Below, one piece after another: positions 23,926-35,516 of a DNA stretch of 64,000 bases (within the stretch, counting starts at the first letter, position 1; each line of letters starts with the position of its first letter). The notes beneath the pieces were generated by a model that saw only the letters and a program-made list of their open reading frames with translations, ran no database searches and was not told the origin of the DNA. The position numbers were made by a program, and so were the translations under genes. Source of the stretch: Takakia lepidozioides (lineage: Eukaryota > Plantae > Bryophyta); assembly GCA_030704615.1 (NCBI GenBank), contig CM060732.1:6324001-6388000 (forward strand), written 5' to 3'.

Positions 23926-25550
23926 GGTTGCCTTCTGTCCGCCATAAGCCGCTACACCTGGTTTTCCTTTAGGGGCACCGGGTGCCGTCTTGACGTGTGA
24001 GGGCCCTCCCTTTGATTTCCATGTACCATTGTCGTCGCGTGGCCTATCCCACTTCTTTTCCGGTCGGAAGGAGTCACCCTCCCGCCGGGTCTTCTTGTGG
24101 TTCAGCTCCGTACGGCCTTGTCTTTCGCCCCTAGGGACATCCAAGAAACATTCAGCCCTCTCAATTGCCTCGTTCAAAGTCTTTGGTGGCTTCTCCTTCC
24201 ATCTTCCGCCTGGCCCATGGGGCCAGTCTCGCCACAAAGTTGAAGACCATTTCTGGTTCTGCCATGTCCGCGACTTCGAGCAACAGCACATTGAAAGCCT
24301 GAACATATCCCCGAATGTCATCCATTTGCTTCAAATTCCTCTTCTTGTCCCGAGCGAGCCAGAACGCGTTGAGGGGCACAAACTGTCTCTTCATAAGTTC
24401 CTTGAACCCACTCCAGTTCAAGGTTTCCGGGTTTGGGCCTCGGTTGTGAAGGCGTTTCTGCCACCATTGTTGAGCATAGCCCCTCAAATAAGTGGGAGCC
24501 ACTTCCACCCGATCCTCGTCACTCAACTTGGCCGCCCGGAAGTACTGCTCTAGCTCCAAGAGCCAGGTATTGAGTGCCTTCCGATTTTGGACGCCCTCGA
24601 AGGTGCCGGGTTCCTTAGGCTTCACCTTAAACTTTGCCTTAGTGGAAGTGGCATTAGCCGCCTTCAACACGTCTTTCAACATCCCGCCAAACTGCGCCAA
24701 CAACCCTTCACAAAAGGCTGCTGGCATGGGAGAAATGTGTTGGTCTGTCGGAGCTCTCAGGGATTCTTTGGGCTCCGACTCCTCAGGTTCCTCGTTCTTG
24801 AGTGGCCTCGTTTTCAAAAGCATGCATCGCTTCCTCAAATGGCTGCTTCGGTGATACGTCGCCCCCATCGGGTTCACCAGGATCATCATCTTTCGGGCCG
24901 TTCCGCTTTCGCTTTGGCTTGCCCGACCCCATGATGAGGCCGATCCCAAGGATGATCGCCTACTGAACTCTGAGCTCTGATACCAAGTGTCGCGCACCTC
25001 ACTTCGGTAAGCTCCCCTTCAAGTCATAGTTACTCGCTTTGATGCGCGCGCCTAACTCCCAACCTGGCCGCCGGGCCAACTCGGAGCTTCGGCTGCTCAC
25101 CGAGACATAACGGTCCCCCTTTCTTCCCCCAACAAACCCTCCACCAATTTGGGACTAGTGGAAATTCCCTTTGGTGGATGGCAGTCCGGAATAGCTCCCC
25201 ACTCCTTGGTCGCTTTCTGGCTCGCCTACTTACTCACTAGTTTTTGGTCACCAACGAGCTTGCACCATTCTCGGGGTTACTACTCCCTATATATACTTCT
25301 GTGACTGTCCGCGGGGGTTTCACAAACAACCATGCCATTTTATGGCGAACCACCACGAAGACCCTCGATTCCCGGTGATGAATCGCGGTGAGTCTTGGCC
25401 CACCCACCACGGCCCCATTGAACCGTGGTGAGTCCCAAGACTCCCCACGACTCCCACCACAAGGTCTTCGCCCCATCGTGAGTCCTATGCCACCCCCACT
25501 AAGTCCCACTAAGCTACCACCACCCCTTGTGGAGCCACCCCCACCGGAGG
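23925..25550 (-). mobile_element. Truncated chromovirus copy: partial 5' LTR, tRNA-iMet PBS and gag
   Basis: LTR edge TGTCGCG at 24988; PBS TGGTATCAGAGC at 24974-24985; gag nearly identical to 57005-57737; LTR matches 51839-52395. Confidence 0.95.
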
Positions 25551-26219
25551 TAGCCTATACTATATGCGCACACAAATGCATGTATATGGAGGAATGTATG
25601 CATGCATACAAATTTTAGATATGCATAGGAACAATTTTATATGCACAACACTTAAATAAGGGTACCCAAAAAACAAAAAAAATTGTGATTCATCTAATCT
25701 TAGGGTCCATAGTCAAAATATCAAAGGATGGAGTAAGAATATTCTATATAGAATAATCTGTATTCATTGTATTATTACTCCACATGGGTGAGTGTAGGAA
25801 TGGGAGAGGAACATGTTGCTTTTGTGGCTTTCCAACATGAGAAAAAATGTCGAAAAATTAAAAAGTGACGAGGCACGGCTCCTTGTTAGATACAAATGGT
25901 GAAGGTACGGGCTCTTCCAATGGTGGGAGTCTAGTTTGAAGTTCAGAATGGAGCAATGCTCAAGGAATGCTAGGGAGCTTGACAATGTGATGGAGATGGT
26001 CCGCCTCCGCATTTGGGTAGTAAATGGCAATGGCCCGCAACGGAATTCAATTTTACAAAAACTACTATTGATTGGTAATCGAACTCGCAATCTCATAACT
26101 TAAAAAACATAATCCTTACCAAACCACCACCCATTTAATCTTGTTACATAGGTTTTGCAGTATCTATACATCTATCTTCTGAAACATTTTTATTTTACAA
26201 AAGCATAATGTCCACCAGA

Positions 26220-26278
26220 GATGGAACCCACAACCTATCGGGTATCAAGCCTAGTTCATACCACTAAACTACCCATTC
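26220..26278 (-). other. Degenerate tRNA-like/SINE head
   Basis: Minus strand has an A-box-like TAGTTTAGTGGT and a weak B-box GGTTCCATCTC. Confidence 0.25.
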
Positions 26279-26644
26279 AGACTTGAAACATTAATGAAAT
26301 GAAACACTAATGAGATAAAGATAGTCACCCTGTGTGTACATAACTTGCCACAATACTCATAAGGGTTGATCTTACTAATATGATGAAATTTGATAGTGCT
26401 GAAGTGCATGTCAAACTTGCATTCCGGTAAAGGGATCTATGAAATGCAGTAGAGATCTATGTGCAAAGTATTACATAGATAAATCAAATGACAGGAAGAT
26501 AACATGAAATCTGATTTCAACAATGAGTCATTTGCCCCATTTGTTTTACCTTACACTAGAGAGAAAGACATGTATCATAAAAAAATAACCAAAAATTCGG
26601 ACTGACAATGAGGACAATGTATTGTATATGTAATTTCTAATTAC

Positions 26645-29600
26645 CTACATAACATCATCAGCTGATATTTCATCATCCGTGTCATAAGCCTGTGATTCAG
26701 AGGCATACACATCCATGAAAGCCTCAACTCTACGCAACCTATCCACGGATTGTCCAGCAATAGCTGCTCTTCGGTCAAACAACAGATCATTGGAAAGACC
26801 TACATCACGTTGCTGATGTATTGAATGCAAAGCTTGGGACTCGGCATACGAAGGTAGATAAAACGATGAAAGAGGACTTTGGGGTAGACTGATGGTCCGC
26901 ACAATCCCATCACTGCATCACACATACATATATACTTATGTTAACAAATCAAATGGGAATGGTTTGCTTTGCAAATAATATAGAGATTGCAACAAAGGGA
27001 ATGGAGGCGAGACATACTCACTAGGAAGTACTGCCGAGATGAAGACCAAGCTTGCGCGCCACCTTGGGAGCGGGGGGTTCCAACAAACTCACAGGACGTT
27101 GAATGGTTGGAGTTACCACAGATGAAACCAAAACAGGTTGAGTATTTTGAAGTGCAGAGAGACGTGCTGCATACAACGTCTGGTCCCCCTCAAGACCAAA
27201 TACGTGACGTCCAGACTCGCGGGCAGCAATAAATGTAGAACCTGCAAGAAAAAAACATGCAATGGTGATATTATATCGGATAACAGTTAATGATCATGAA
27301 TCAACTCTGAAGATTTTAATTACAAAATGGAGACCAATGCAAACTTGTGCCAGCTGTGAGATCCAAAATGCGGGAGCCGGGAGGTGAGCATGTCTCCAAC
27401 AACACTTGCATGAAGGCGGGACTACGGTCTCGTGCACCCCTCCAAGCTTGTTGAGGAGTTTGCATGGATAGTGCAACATCTGGAATGTGGTTATAGATGG
27501 CATCCAACTCAACAGGGTCTGCAAGGGGGTCCACAACTTTGCCAGATTCACGCAATTTGAATAGTCCTCCTTGCTTGGTGAGGACATGGGCGTGGAAGAA
27601 CATGGTCTGTTAGACGTGCCATTTCCACAAAACCAGTGCACTCGGATGGTTTAATAATATGTATGAGAGTAGGAAGATGAAACATCAAACAATGAGATCT
27701 TGATAATATGGAAATAGAGCTGCCCCTGGAGTAAGAAAAGAGCTCCAATGCAAAGGAATCATCGGAGCCCTGCAAGAACACCAAGCATCCATTGTCATCC
27801 AATAGGTCATTAGCAATGGAGAATGCATACTCCCAATACCGTTTATCAAAAGCATTCCACGGAGGAACCTGTACACCATCCAAACAGCCCTGTATAGGCA
27901 TTCCTGTCGGGCAGTCCACGATGATCATGTCCACAGCCACAGGCACATTTTTTCCATCCACAATACTAGACCAAGTTCCTGGCAACTGCAAACAACATAC
28001 AGAAAATGTAGGAGTCAATAGCCGGATGATGATGATGTAAAAACATCGAAGAATTCCTTACATTAAAATTTGTTTGTTGGGGGAAACTCACATGTTTGAA
28101 GAACTCCATGAGCTCTTTCAAGGTCAAATCAGGAGATGTACTTGAGGCCTCCACCATATCAATGAAATGAGTAGCCATGATCTTCATGCGATACATGCTA
28201 GGGCACCACCGGAAAATGGACAATGAACTGTAAGGATGTTCACCTGCCTTGGCTTGTTTCCTCGAGTAGTAGGTGCAGGAACTACAACCAACTGATTTGA
28301 AGGATGTGAAGAACTACCAATAGGACCAACAATAGAAGCCACCTGCATTGCGGGGCCACACCGCATTGATATCTGCACCTTTCTTTTTCGTGATTTGCGC
28401 TTTGGTACACACAAAACCCAGGGACCACTTGGGCTACAGCGTCAGCGGAGGGTGGAGCAATATGTTCTGCATGCTCCAGATCAAGAATAGGACGTCAATG
28501 GAGATAACCCCTTCATCACATCTGACTGACGGCGAAAACATTCCGTATGAAGTTCCAGGCTGCAGAGGGGAGAGGACACAGGGGGAGATAAAAGACACAC
28601 CCCACCCCACCACCCCCACACAACCCCCCCACCCCCCCACCCCCCCCCCCCCCCCACCCCACCCCACCACCACCCCACCCCCCAACCACCCAAACACCCC
28701 CCCCCAACCCCACCCCCCACCCCCCCCCCGCAACCCCACCACACACACCCCCCCCACCCACCCCCAACCACCAACCACCACACCCCACCCCCCCCCCCCC
28801 CCCCCCCTTCCGGTGTTCCACACCCCAATCTTCCTCAGCAGGTGTGTACATGGAAGCTGGTGAGCACCAAACTTCCAGGCCATCAGAAACTTGGGCTCAG
28901 CCTTAAGTCGACCACTCGGCACAAGCACAAATCTACATGTACCTAAAATACAACACATTCAAAGTTATTGTTGGAGACAAATATTATGCAACATGTTCAA
29001 CAATTGAACAAGCACATTAAGAACATGTATATCCCAATGTACTAGAAAAAACTCGAAGCATAGACATTTTGACTTAAAAGGTGTATACCATGTCCATGTT
29101 ACAATGCAATGGAAAGATTGTACCTGAATAAAATCCGTCTCACCACTTCTCCCCCCTGTTTGTTGCCCAATCATTGACTCTGAATGGCCCCTTGGCAATG
29201 GAACTCTCTCTGAAACACTCATTGAAATGAGTAATCTTCCATGTATCCATGTTGTCTCCCAGACTCTCACTCTCTACTTCCTCCAAGGCAACATGAATTG
29301 GCCAAGCTGAGGGGTACAAGCAAATGAGCCAAGGCAACCTTGCGGAAACTGCCAGAAAATACAGTCAGTTAAATAACTATGTTAATGTGTTATCAACAAA
29401 ATGAATCAATTGATTGAGAAGATGAGATTGTATATGTACTGCCACAAAAAAGTCCTTCTATTTAGCCAAGGATCAAGTGTTGGCCACTGATAGGCCCGGG
29501 TGGAAAAAAATTACGGTCGTGAAGTTGTTTGGTCTCCATTCGTATATGCAGCCATTCCACCTTTTCTTCTGGATCCACCAGGCTTTTGTAGCAAATGTTC

Positions 29601-30280
29601 ACCATTTTCTCTTGGGTCATTTCCTTGATCCGCCTTTACATGTGACCAATGCAGTAAGTTCTTGGAGAAACCCCTCTCCACAGGGTTGGATCAGCAATAG
29701 GAAGCAACTTCACACAAGTTGACTCTTGGGCTTGCTCCCTTGCTTTCAATCTAGCCTGTCTCATTGTATCTTCAAGGCCCTCCTGACTCTTTGGCCCCTC
29801 AACACAAGTTTGTAAGCTTCCCCGCCATGGTGGGCCCTCCACAATATCATGCTGCCAAAGAACCAAAACAGTTCATAACTGAAGCAGAGGTGGAATCTGG
29901 TCTATGGAATGACAAAGAATGAAACTTGGTTAAGATATGATGTTACCTTGTACAAAATCTCTGTCATTGCATGGACTGTCAGGTTATACCAAGTCTTTCC
30001 TTGCTTTCTTGGTGCATTCGTCATATGCTCTTTCCTCAATACATTCTTCCATTCAGCGACAGGGTAAGGCCAATAATATTGACCTTGCAACCAAGTGCAC
30101 AAATTGGGATGTAACATGTGCCCTCTCTGTTCCCTCTCTGTTTTACTCCATCCATGATGGACCTGAGGGAACCACGATTTTCAATGTCCGCATTGAGCAC
30201 CCAACTTGTCACACAGACATGTCTTTGACAAGTTGGCCCCATGAACTTCATTGATATAGGGATACCATGCTTGAAGCCTA
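26645..30280 (-). pseudogene. 3' part of ParB-like/MTase gene copy 2, with the complete beta-class amino-MTase domain
   Basis: Begins RLQAWYPYI (continuation of WDG..RL). Exons are colinear with copy 1 (TWYNLT/TWYSLT; EMTQEK..VDPEEKVEWL/EMQQEK..VDPQTKIRWL). Motif IV region VDMIIVDCPTG..PPWN..DLLDDNGCL precedes motif X/I RSPAFMQVLLETCSPPGSRILDLTAGT, then intron 27344-27242, then STFIAARESGRHVFGLEGD. Confidence 0.88.
28596..28807. repeat. ~210-bp irregular C/A (G/T-rich on minus) low-complexity tract inside an exon
   Basis: Only C and A on the plus strand; interrupts EHRK|GCVFYL. Confidence 0.95.
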
Positions 30281-32349
30281 CATCTGCTGTTGCTGCTGAT
30301 CGGGTGTCTGTGCACCATCTGCTGTTGCGGCGCCATATGTCTCCCCTCCTCTGATTGTGTGGCCTCTGTGTGTGTGCTTCCTGTGCTTCGGTGTTGCCAT
30401 GCTAATTTTCCATGGGCTTGCTTCGTTGGTGTGTGGTTGTTCCCTCCTTCTGGCTGTTGATTCTCCCATCTCTCTATATTGGGAATCAGCCGTCGAGTTG
30501 ATGATGTCTCTTCTGCGGCACTTGTGGTTGCTTCGTGATCCGGGATCTCTTTGCAAGTCCGCCCTCTTCTTCTTCCTGACATGCTGCTGTCTCACTTCCT
30601 TCTTCCTCCATTGTGTCTACCCGTTGCATGATTCCCAACGTCGCTTGCTCTTCGGCCGTTAGGTGTACAGTGTGTCGAATCATCGGGGGAGTAACAATGG
30701 AGTTGCCATGGAACAGTCGCTTCCTTCTTCTTCTTTGTCAACCTGGTCAGTTCTGAGTTAACTTCTTCAATAAGAAGCTTGCCCAATTCACGATTGGCCC
30801 ATTGAAGCAAATCAACACTTGGTCGATTAGCTCCTTGGTACAGTAGCTATGGTTTTGCCTGAGGCAAAGCAATGTGCTAAGTACTGGGGCTATCTTCCTG
30901 AAGCATGGTTTTTGTGTGGCTACATGTATAGCCTTGTCTGCTTGGTTGAGATTCTCAAACAAAATTGACAAGCAAACCTTGGAGGTTTGCCGGTGTGCGG
31001 GGTGGTACGTCTGGACTGGGAAGGTGAAATACTTCGCCAAGGTACTTCTCTGTCAACAAGATTTGTGTGTCGTGAATTTGTGCTCCGATGCTGGTGTTGT
31101 AATTCTCCAAGACTCCCTGCCTGTAGCTCGTCGTGCTTCAGGTTCCAGTCCAGCGTGGTGATGAAGTATCGCAGGCCAAGACTGTCCAACGTCTCCTGTG
31201 TCTCTGTGTCCTGCTCAATCTTCCGCGACGCTGGGCTGATTTTGAAATTGACTTGCCATTTCTCTTAGTCTCGCGGTTGCTGTAAGGAATTGGAGCACCA
31301 ATTCTTGTATCACAAGAAGTATGAAAGCACACTAGAAGTTGTGTATACAACAATTTCCAGTTTGCGGAAGAGAAGGTGAGGAGTTCGCTCCTGGGTTGCC
31401 TAGGTTTAAAGCGTGGTTAGCTTTAATTGCTGGGCCCAAGCTTACCAAGAAGCATTAGCCTCAGGTATCAGTTTTGAGAAAAACTTCATCCCTTTTGTGC
31501 TTGATTTTCTTCTGTTGGTTTTTTCTTCGTGTTTTGTTTTTTTAAAAACTGATGGTCATTGATGATTGTCCAGTTTCGGTCAATTTATGTTCATCCCTCT
31601 GAGCTGTGTTCATCCACTTTGGTATGTGGTCCGTTTTTAGATGGGTGGCGTTGGCGCAGTACTTGCAGCTTGGTTCAGCTCTGTCTTGTTTAGCTTTTTC
31701 TTTAATTTCCTCATTCATTCCCACATCATATGTAGAATTTCTTTTCAGTACCCTTTAAAACAGTCTTGGTATGTCAGTAATGAAAATTTATAGTGTCTCT
31801 ATCCTTTCTTCAAAGACTCATCCCTATCTTTGCAAGAATCCGTATTACAACTTAATTTTCCTTTTTACTGATTGATCACCAAACTTTTTAATGGGCACAA
31901 TAATTACCATCTGTCTTTTTCAGTGTATCTGACTTGCAATAAGTTTTGGGTACCAGTACTCCCTGCTTCTATGATCGTGTGACAATATTCATAATTTGAA
32001 CATCCTTCTCTAAAAATATAACTAGTGTAACAAACTTTTCTGATTGGGATTAGAGTAATCAATAGAGCTAGACGAGACAACCACTCTTCACTTCTAATCC
32101 TACATTCCCAAGTGCTCGTGTAATACTGATCACTCATCCCTTCAATCCCCATTTGTCATCTTCTTTCAAGACTGACAGAAAGATTTTCTGTTGTATTGCT
32201 CTTGGTAAACCATGAAAATTTTCAGGAATGTTTTCCATTCCTTTGCTTCTGTTGACTCGTTCTGTCTGATTTCAAGAAATCACTGAGTAACCATCCTTCT
32301 TTGAGTACTTGAACTCAACATACCGTTAGTCCCCAGTATGGTCGCCAAA
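30281..32349 (-). mobile_element. Internally deleted non-chromoviral gypsy: PBS, gag remnant and accessory ORF
   Basis: PBS TGGCGACCATACTGGGGAC at 32329-32347 (tRNA-Arg-like by inference). ETLDSLGLRYFITTLDWNLKH..KYFTFP..IAPVLSTLLCLRQN is homologous to 17100-17600. No pol present. Confidence 0.78.
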
Positions 32350-33182
32350 TGTTAATCGCTGGTTTATGACTTAGAAAAAACAGACTATTAACACTACTGC
32401 CCATTTCCTAAGACATGCAACAGAGGTTGTCCGACGGTATGCTTTCAGAAATGATTACGAAGTAATCGTTTTAAGGATAGCTAAACCATGAACGTCGGAT
32501 GAAGCCGTATCCTTGCAGACTGCTTAATTATATGGATTAAGACCAATCTACAGTCTCTTAAGCATAAGAGATCTTAGTTGAAAGGACTGAAGCCTCTTGG
32601 TTCATACAAGTAGATGGTAGTCAAGAGAAAACAAGAACTATTATGAGATGATACACATTCTCACCATCTCACGTTCACTCTACACAGAGATACTTCGAAT
32701 AGCATGGCTTTACTTCAGAGCTCGTCACATCATCACAGAAGTACACAGAATCACTCTGAGTCCCTCTAAATATACATTGATCACTGATACTCATACTGCA
32801 CACCCTCTAAGTTGCGTGCGGTCTTTTTATACTATGCTCGAAAGAGCCGTTACAGCCTGCGGTCGTTAATGACCGTTTGCCTAACTGCCTACGCAACCTA
32901 AAAGGTTTGCTAAAAGTGGCTCGTTGTAGTGGTCGTGAGCCATAGTGGTAAACGGTCCACTACTCCCTCTATTGGTTAAAGCCGATGCTATCGTGGTTCA
33001 CGGCTCACGGGTACTACACTACCCCTTACTGTTCTCGTGGTAATGTACCCTTGTCCCGCCATTGGCTAAGTACCGCGTACTTAGCCGTCTCTGCCTGTGG
33101 CTCGGGTAATGTACGTCCATCACTACCCAGTATGTCCCGTTGTGGCCCTCGTTGTCTGTCCCTCGTAGCATAGCCGTTATTA
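32350..33182 (-). mobile_element. 5' LTR (~830 bp) of the above element
   Basis: Ends ..AACA next to the PBS; the start TAATAACGG equals the TGATAACGG LTR start at 12684 with one transition. Confidence 0.88.
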
Positions 33183-33289
33183 GTACAGCCGGGCCCGGAG
33201 CCCTGCTTTCATCCAAACCCTCATGGGACGTGCTCCGATGTCCACGGGCGGATTCTTGACCTCGTTTTTTTTCCAAAAAAACAAATTCA

Positions 33290-34490
33290 AATGACCGCCA
33301 ATAATGGCGGCCGCTGCATTTTCAAAAAAAATAAAAAAAATAAAGGACCGCCAGCAATGGCGATCTGCCTATTGTAAAAAAAAAAGAAAAAGAAAGCGAC
33401 TGCTAGTAAGGGCGGTCGAGTAAATTTAAAAAAAAGCGACAGCCAGTAATGGCGGTCGCTCTATTTAATAAAATATAAAAATAAAAGTGACTGCCATTAG
33501 TGGCGGTCGCTGTATTTTAAGAAATTAAAAATATACAAGCGACCACCAGTATTGGGGGTCACTCTATTTAAAAAAATAAAAAATAAAAGCAACCGTCAGT
33601 ACAGGCGGTCGCTCTATTTAAAAATAAATAAAAATAGAAGCGACCGCCATTACCGTGTCTTTTAACAAATAAAAAATAAAAGCGACCGCCAGTAATGGCG
33701 GTCGCTCTATTTAAAAACATAAAAAACAAAAGCGACCGCCAAATAATGGCGGACGCTCTATTTACAACAAACAGAAAAAAACGACTGCCATTACGGTCGA
33801 TGTATTTTAAAATACATTAAAAAAAAAGACCATCAATAATGGCGGTCGCTGTATTTAAAAAAAATAAACAATAAAAGCGACAGCCAGTAATGGCGGTCGT
33901 TCTATTTAAAAAAAAAAAAAATTCAATGGACAGCCAGTAATGGCAAAGGACAGTAAAAATGATCGCCAATGGTGGTCGCTGCATTTAAAGAAAACAAAAA
34001 TATACAAGCGACCGCCATTACTAGCTCTCGCTCTATTTAAAAAATTAAAAATTAAAAGCGTCCGCCAGCAATGGCGGTCGACGAAATTACAAAACTAAAC
34101 AAAAAGAAAGCGACCGCCAGTAATGGCGGTCGCTACATTTACAAAAGAATTATATGTAAGTGACCGTCAGTGGTCGCTGCATTTACAAAAATAGTAAAAT
34201 AAAAGCGACCGCAAGTAATTGCGATCGCTCCATTTAGAAACATAACAAATAAAAGCGACCGCGAGTAATAGCGGTCGTTGCGTTTACAAAAAACAAAAAG
34301 GAAAAGCGACCGCTTCATTTAAAAACAAATGAAATGGAAGCGACAGTCACTGACAGTCGCTCCATTTCAATAATAATATAATTGCAAAGGACCGCCGATT
34401 TTTTAAATATAATAAAATATTTGGTAGCGACCGTCATATTGGCGGTCGCTCCATTTTCAACCAAAATAACAAGTCGATGCGACCGCCATG
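33290..34490. repeat. Array of ~25 GC-rich hairpin units (AGCGACCGCCA-GTAA-TGGCGGTCGCT) separated by A-tracts, ~50-bp period
   Basis: Perfect units at e.g. 33681 and 34109; many variants; the loop appears in both orientations. Confidence 0.95.
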
Positions 34491-35516
34491 ACACCTACAA
34501 CCGACAACCGACAATTTTCTGTAGAGTTGTACGCATTGACACAATTGTTTCTCATTACAAAAACAAAGCACCAAACACAAACATGAGCAAGTGACGATGC
34601 TTTCGCCGACATTTTGGGTGGTATACACATGGGCAACATCTTTTATTTCCCAGACATACACAACACCAATACAAGTACTGATATGACAAGGAAACACACA
34701 AATATGAGGGCTTCACTATAAAAATATCAACAGTTTCCACCAAAATGTGTGCTGCAGTTGGATCTCTAAGTTGTTCTTCAAACTTCTGCTGCTTCGACAA
34801 CGGGACGAAGAAGATCCTAATCTTGATGTTCTGATGGGCTGATAATCCGAGTCCCCCCTGGACTTCAGCACCATTGCAATTATCAGTGCTGGAATCGTCC
34901 TCCCTATCCGACCTCCCATGTCCAGGCCTTTAAACCTATAAGCGACTTCGAACCACATTTAGTTCTCTCTCAGGTCGTTTCTCACTCCGGTCTTGAATAC
35001 CATCCACGGTATCTAACCTGTTTGTGGGCCGATCGCCTACAAAAGACTGGATTGTTCTCTGTCGTTTATGGAGTTGGGACGCATTCGAAGATGGTATCGG
35101 ATAGGGCTATGCCTGAGATGGACCGGCATTAGATGGTCCGGCATGTAAGGAACCACGGGTCTGCTGCGCAACACGTCGGTTAAGGTGGAATTGTAGTGGC
35201 AGGTTATCATCACCCCAGGCTTCAACTTCCGCCCGGTCCAATGCAGCAGAATGATGCATGCGTGTTAAAAACAGATCAACCCTGTTGCTCCTTAATGCCC
35301 GCTGTGTTGATGGAGAGCTAGGCCAATTTTTAGATTGTGGTGGAGCTGGTCGTATCGGTGAGGCATGTTCCCATCCCGTCGACTTTACAATGGGTTCGAC
35401 ACCATCGTTTGTATGAACAGGGTTGCATACATTGTTCGGTCGTGGTAGTTCATCACTCCTGAGCTCCATTCGGCCACTGCCGGTGGGTTCAGCGTGTTGG
35501 GGGGGGGGGGGGGGGT

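Noticed and set aside
28348-28958. Pro-rich (extensin-like) and Gly-rich ORFs
   Set aside because: They are artefacts of the stop-free C/A tract inserted in another gene's exon.
33290-34490. CRISPR array
   Set aside because: Spacers are low-complexity A-tracts, repeats are degenerate and flip orientation, and there are no cas genes.
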